A stretch of DNA of 63,296 nucleotides, the filler included, from Asterionella formosa (taxonomy: Eukaryota), in assembly GCA_002256025.1 (NCBI GenBank). It is 26 parts of 26 records of this genome, joined end to end, with 100 filler letters (N's around TTAATTAATTAA, not from the genome) between each part and the next. Parts side by side here need not be neighbours in the genome. Positions count along the whole stretch, not along the records: positions 58,703 to 60,167 come from NKIB01002324.1; positions 60,268 to 61,732 come from NKIB01002325.1; positions 61,833 to 63,296 come from NKIB01002326.1; 23 more parts are not named here. The stretch is one strand, 5' to 3'. The notes below the pieces were generated by a model. It had not been told where the DNA came from. It saw nothing but the letters and a program-made list of their open reading frames with translations, and did no database searches. Of the stretch, positions 59,755-63,296 are shown piece after piece. Within the stretch, counting starts at the first letter, position 1. The number at the start of each line of letters is the position of its first letter. The translations under genes were made by a program, and so were the position numbers.

Positions 59755-59950
59755 TGAGCAATCCTGCACATCGATACAGATATATATAGAGTTGGGGTTA
59801 TGTCAAATATATCGGAATTCAATAATGAGAGAACTCGACTAACACCCATTCTATACTTTTGATGTCAGTTCAGGAAATGAGTTATACATAAGGATTAATT
59901 AATAAGCTCATATATTCAACAAATACTACTACTTCTAGTTAGATACTTCA
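59755..59950 (+). mobile_element. Gypsy 3' LTR (196 bp), preceded by the PPT GGGAGAG
   Basis: TGAGCA...CTTCA; TATATATA at 59781; homologous to 3204-3398. Confidence 0.92.
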
Positions 59951-60021
59951 CCTGGTACCAGGTACCATACTTAAAATGAAACATTACCAGGTACCTCAGG
60001 TGGTCTACTGTACTCCGACTA

Positions 60022-60167
60022 CCGTATACTTCATTGTCCTGGACCCCCCCTATGGTTGCTGGACCCCCCTGTACATTTTTCTCGAGGTGGAACCAAACAC
60101 CCAATAATTTTCTTGTCATAGACAAAGTAACGTGCTATAATTCTTTTTGTCCTCGTAGGCACTAGTA
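60022..60167 (+). mobile_element. Left end of a second MITE copy
   Basis: TA followed by CCGTATACTTCATTGTCCTGGACCCCCCC..., near-identical to 54535-54681. Confidence 0.9.
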
Positions 60168-60528
60168 NNNNNNNNNNNNNNNNNNNNNNNNNNNNNNNNN
60201 NNNNNNNNNNNTTAATTAATTAANNNNNNNNNNNNNNNNNNNNNNNNNNNNNNNNNNNNNNNNNNNNAAAACACTTTGGAACGATTACAATCGATCACGG
60301 AGACATCGTTGTTATATCTACAGCCTATTTGGTCCCTGACGTGTCCTTACAGGATACAAGAAAGCATAGAGTGCTTCGGGACGCAATTTCAACAGTTTTA
60401 ATAGAATTAGCCGGCCAGGAAGAGCCGTGATATCACAATCAACAACAGGTTGGACCGTTGAGAGTCCGGAGACAAGATCTGAGGGTACCAGACCATACAG
60501 AGTCTGAAGAAGTCGCACAAGGCGCATC

Positions 60529-61732
60529 ATGAGTGGCAAAGGAAAGTTTACCAAGAAGGCTCAAGCCAAGGGCAAGTTTCAAGCCAAGGGAGGGAGCAAT
60601 ATTGCTTCTCAATCAATCAAGAAGTCAGTCAATGACTATAACTACTACCTCGGATCATCGAAGCAGGCATCTGACTATGAGACTACTACTGAGTACCTCA
60701 TCAATCATATCAAGAAAGTGTTCGACTATGGCAACGACATAGGAACCGCGCTCGAGTTATTAGAACCAATGAGCACATTGGCATGGAAGCCAAGAATGCA
60801 AGTGAGCATTGCAACAACAGAAGAAGATCGCGCTGCAGAGAATCGACAATATGAGATTGAGTTCAAGGCTGACTATGACACCTACAGTAAAAGGGTACAG
60901 GCCTACGAAAATAATAATACCAAGGCATATGCGTTGCTCTGGGAAAGATGCAACAAAGCCATGAAGAACAAGATTGAAGCAAGATCCGATTACAATAGGA
61001 TCAAAAATAACCCAATAATCTTGCTTATGGCAATTAAAGAACACGCACTAAATTTTCAAGAAAATCGATATTCTATGTCGATCATTTTAGATGCGATGAA
61101 AACGCTTTTATTTACAAAGCAGAAAGAAGGAGAAAGTCTACAAGACTACACCAAGAGATTTCGTGTGGCACGTGATGTGCTCAAGTCACACATGGGAGGA
61201 CCCATTATCCTCACCAAGTTCGTTGAAGCCATGGAAGGATACAATGAGAACGACATCAAGCAACGAGATAAATTTCGCGAACAAGCTTTCAGTCAATTTA
61301 TGGCATATTTATATCTCGATAATGCCGATAAAGCTAAATACGGTTCAATTATGACCGGGCTGAACACTCAACAATCACTCGGCAACGATCAATACCCGAA
61401 GACCATCACCGAATCAAATAATGTTCTCAGCAACCATCGGTTTGACGTAACAAATAAATCTGCCTACAAGAAACCAGGAGATAATGATAAAGAGAGGAAA
61501 CAAAAGGATGCAGGCAAGGAAGACGAAGATGTGAACTTATCGTTTGCACAGTTAGAAGGAAAATGTTACTGCTGCGGAAAAGCAGGTCACAAATCTCCTT
61601 CGTGTCGAGACAAGAATAAACCCAAAGAGGAATGGGCTATCAACAAGGCTCAAAGCCATGCACAGGCACAGGCTACTAATACATCCGACACGAGTACAGT
61701 TACCTCTGTTAATTCCAACAACCCGCCGTCAT
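60529..61732 (+). mobile_element. LTR retrotransposon Gag with CCHC zinc knuckle (probably Copia-type), 3'-partial
   Basis: KQKEGESLQDYTKRF, YPKTI, CYCCGKAGHKSPSC (CX2CX4HX4C). Confidence 0.85.
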
Positions 61733-61832
61733 NNNNNNNNNNNNNNNNNNNNNNNNNNNNNNNNNNNNNNNNNNNNTTAATTAATTAANNNNNNNNNNNN
61801 NNNNNNNNNNNNNNNNNNNNNNNNNNNNNNNN

Positions 61833-62178
61833 TCTAGAATTATGTGAACGAAATTACAGAATTACGTGAAGTATTTCAAATAATTATGTGAAGTATTTTC
61901 AAATAATTATGTGAAGTATTTCAAATAATTATGTGAAGTATTTCAAATAATTATGTGAAGTATTTCAAATAATTATGTGAACGTGATCACATAAAATAGT
62001 GATGATCAGGAATGCATGCATGATACTTTGATCAAATATTTAACGTGATGTATTCAGATAATATATAGATATATTCAACTACGTATTTTGATGTATTCAA
62101 CTAATTCATGTGATGCATTCAAAATCAACTAGGCTTATTTATGTGATGGTCACTTCACGTAATACGCGGCTTAGATGT
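61833..62178 (-). mobile_element. Second copy of the AT-rich element end with the 22-bp tandem array
   Basis: GTGAAGTATTTCAAATAATTAT about 5 copies; homologous to 7493-7752. Confidence 0.75.
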
Positions 62179-63127
62179 TAGATGCAAAGAAGCTCGAGAT
62201 TAATGTAATGCATCAGAAGAATTCTCCAACGATGATGCTGCCCTGCAAAAGTGTAAAACGTAAAGTAATAAGAAAATAATTTTTGTAGTATTAACGGAGT
62301 AAAAATAAACACGGTTTGGGGGGAAATATATACATGTACAGATAGAAAAATATGCACTGTAAGCCACCGCTATGCAATAATCTTAGTGACTTTGGAAAAA
62401 TTATTCCTTCATGGCTAGATACACTGAATCAAAACTGATTCCTTAATAGTATAGCAGAGAGCATTGTCTAACATAAGCTTTGTACTTGCGTCAAGTTTTG
62501 ATCGTTGAATTACATAAATATTTTTAGTCGAAAGATAGAGTAAAATAGCGGTGGCTTACAGTTTTTAAGTGGTACCTGGTACCAGGTACCAGAAACAATG
62601 GCGCGCCAAAAAATTCCCTTGACGACGAAGCACAAAAATGAATAATGTACGGTAGGAGTACAGTGGTAACAGGTACAGTACCTGGTACCAGTACCTCTAG
62701 CTACTTGCACATAGGTCCATCATGTTTCTCTGGTGCCAGGTACCTGGTACCACATAGTACCTGGTACCTGGTACCAGGTACCATCGACCAGTAGTCGAGA
62801 ACACATTTCTGAACATTCGACCAGCACAGCACAACAATGCCTCGTGAGTTATCAGGAGTACGGTACCAGGTACCAGGTAGGAGTACCAGGGTACGTAGAT
62901 CAACACCACTATACGTTTACTACTATTTTATGCATTACTGGTACTCACTATTCTACAAATAGAATTCCTAATCATTTCTGTTATTCAAACCGTGCTTGTC
63001 ATTTTGTTGGCCTTCAACAAAATAACCGTGGTATTATTAGCTTACCGGTAATTCTCCCTTCCCTTTCTTGAAACTTACCAACCGATACTACTTACAGCAC
63101 CTCAATCAATATTGATTGTGCACCACC

Positions 63128-63296
63128 ATGCCAGTCGATTTCTCCCAGTTCAAAGCCGAACCTGCCACTAAGACCATTACTGGTTGGCTTTCTGTCAAGA
63201 AGCGAGGCAGGGATGATTTGCAGATTGAAAAGGCCAAGAAACAAGCGGAACTTGACCGCAAACGACGCAAGGCCAAAGGAAAAATGGTTGTGACAG
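63128..63296 (+). CDS. 5' end of an unknown basic protein (MPVDFSQFKAEP..KKRGR..)
   Basis: CACCACCATG start context; frame open to the window end; GGTACC clusters 250-550 bp upstream. Confidence 0.45.
   Translation, partial: MPVDFSQFKAEPATKTITGWLSVKKRGRDDLQIEKAKKQAELDRKRRKAKGKMVVT

Noticed and set aside
60430..60480. LTR end and PBS upstream of gag (..CAACA|GGTTGGACCG)
   Set aside because: No second LTR or matching tRNA is available in the window to confirm the boundary.
61860..61982. CRISPR-like repeats (22-mer here, 24-mer at 53661-53725, 110-mer at 58194)
   Set aside because: Head-to-tail repeats with no unique spacers, no cas genes and a eukaryotic context.
62510..63071. Short ORFs with VPGTWYQVP/YQVPGT repeats (also near 3265, 22816, 34260, 52391, 53426)
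   Set aside because: They are translations of the non-coding GGTACC repeat, not a protein family.

Overview
This is not a continuous locus. It is 26 eukaryotic assembly contigs joined by artificial 100-nt spacers (N44-TTAATTAATTAA-N44). Twenty-five contigs are about 1.46-1.47 kb, in roughly descending length, and one is 24.1 kb (14131-38243), so adjacency across spacers means nothing. Gene content points to a diatom, probably pennate: a DUF6824 protein, a PGRL1-like fragment, canonical EF-1alpha and a eukaryotic 5S rRNA. The long contig carries 12 compact housekeeping genes: TAD2, SLX9, EF1A, a CCT protein, a WKF protein, an LRR-like protein, a sugar porter, SOF1, an SGNH hydrolase, a HROB-like protein, a JmjC protein and ELP2. 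The short contigs are mostly transposon pieces (Copia, Gypsy, Harbinger, Plavaka-like, Mutator-like, a TA-target MITE), two near-identical 5S rRNA/truncated M3-peptidase contigs, and gene fragments. Three signals stand out. (1) A ~180-nt strand-specific rod-like fold-back in which five CGAG/CGAG tandem G.A motifs are in register. (2) A Gypsy family whose two sampled ends both abut CCTGG inside the dispersed (GGTACCW)n repeat and which appears to use a tRNA-independent, self-primed PBS. (3) The GGTACC repeat itself, which marks upstream and divergent intergenic regions but not convergent ones. All family names come from motif recognition, not database searches.
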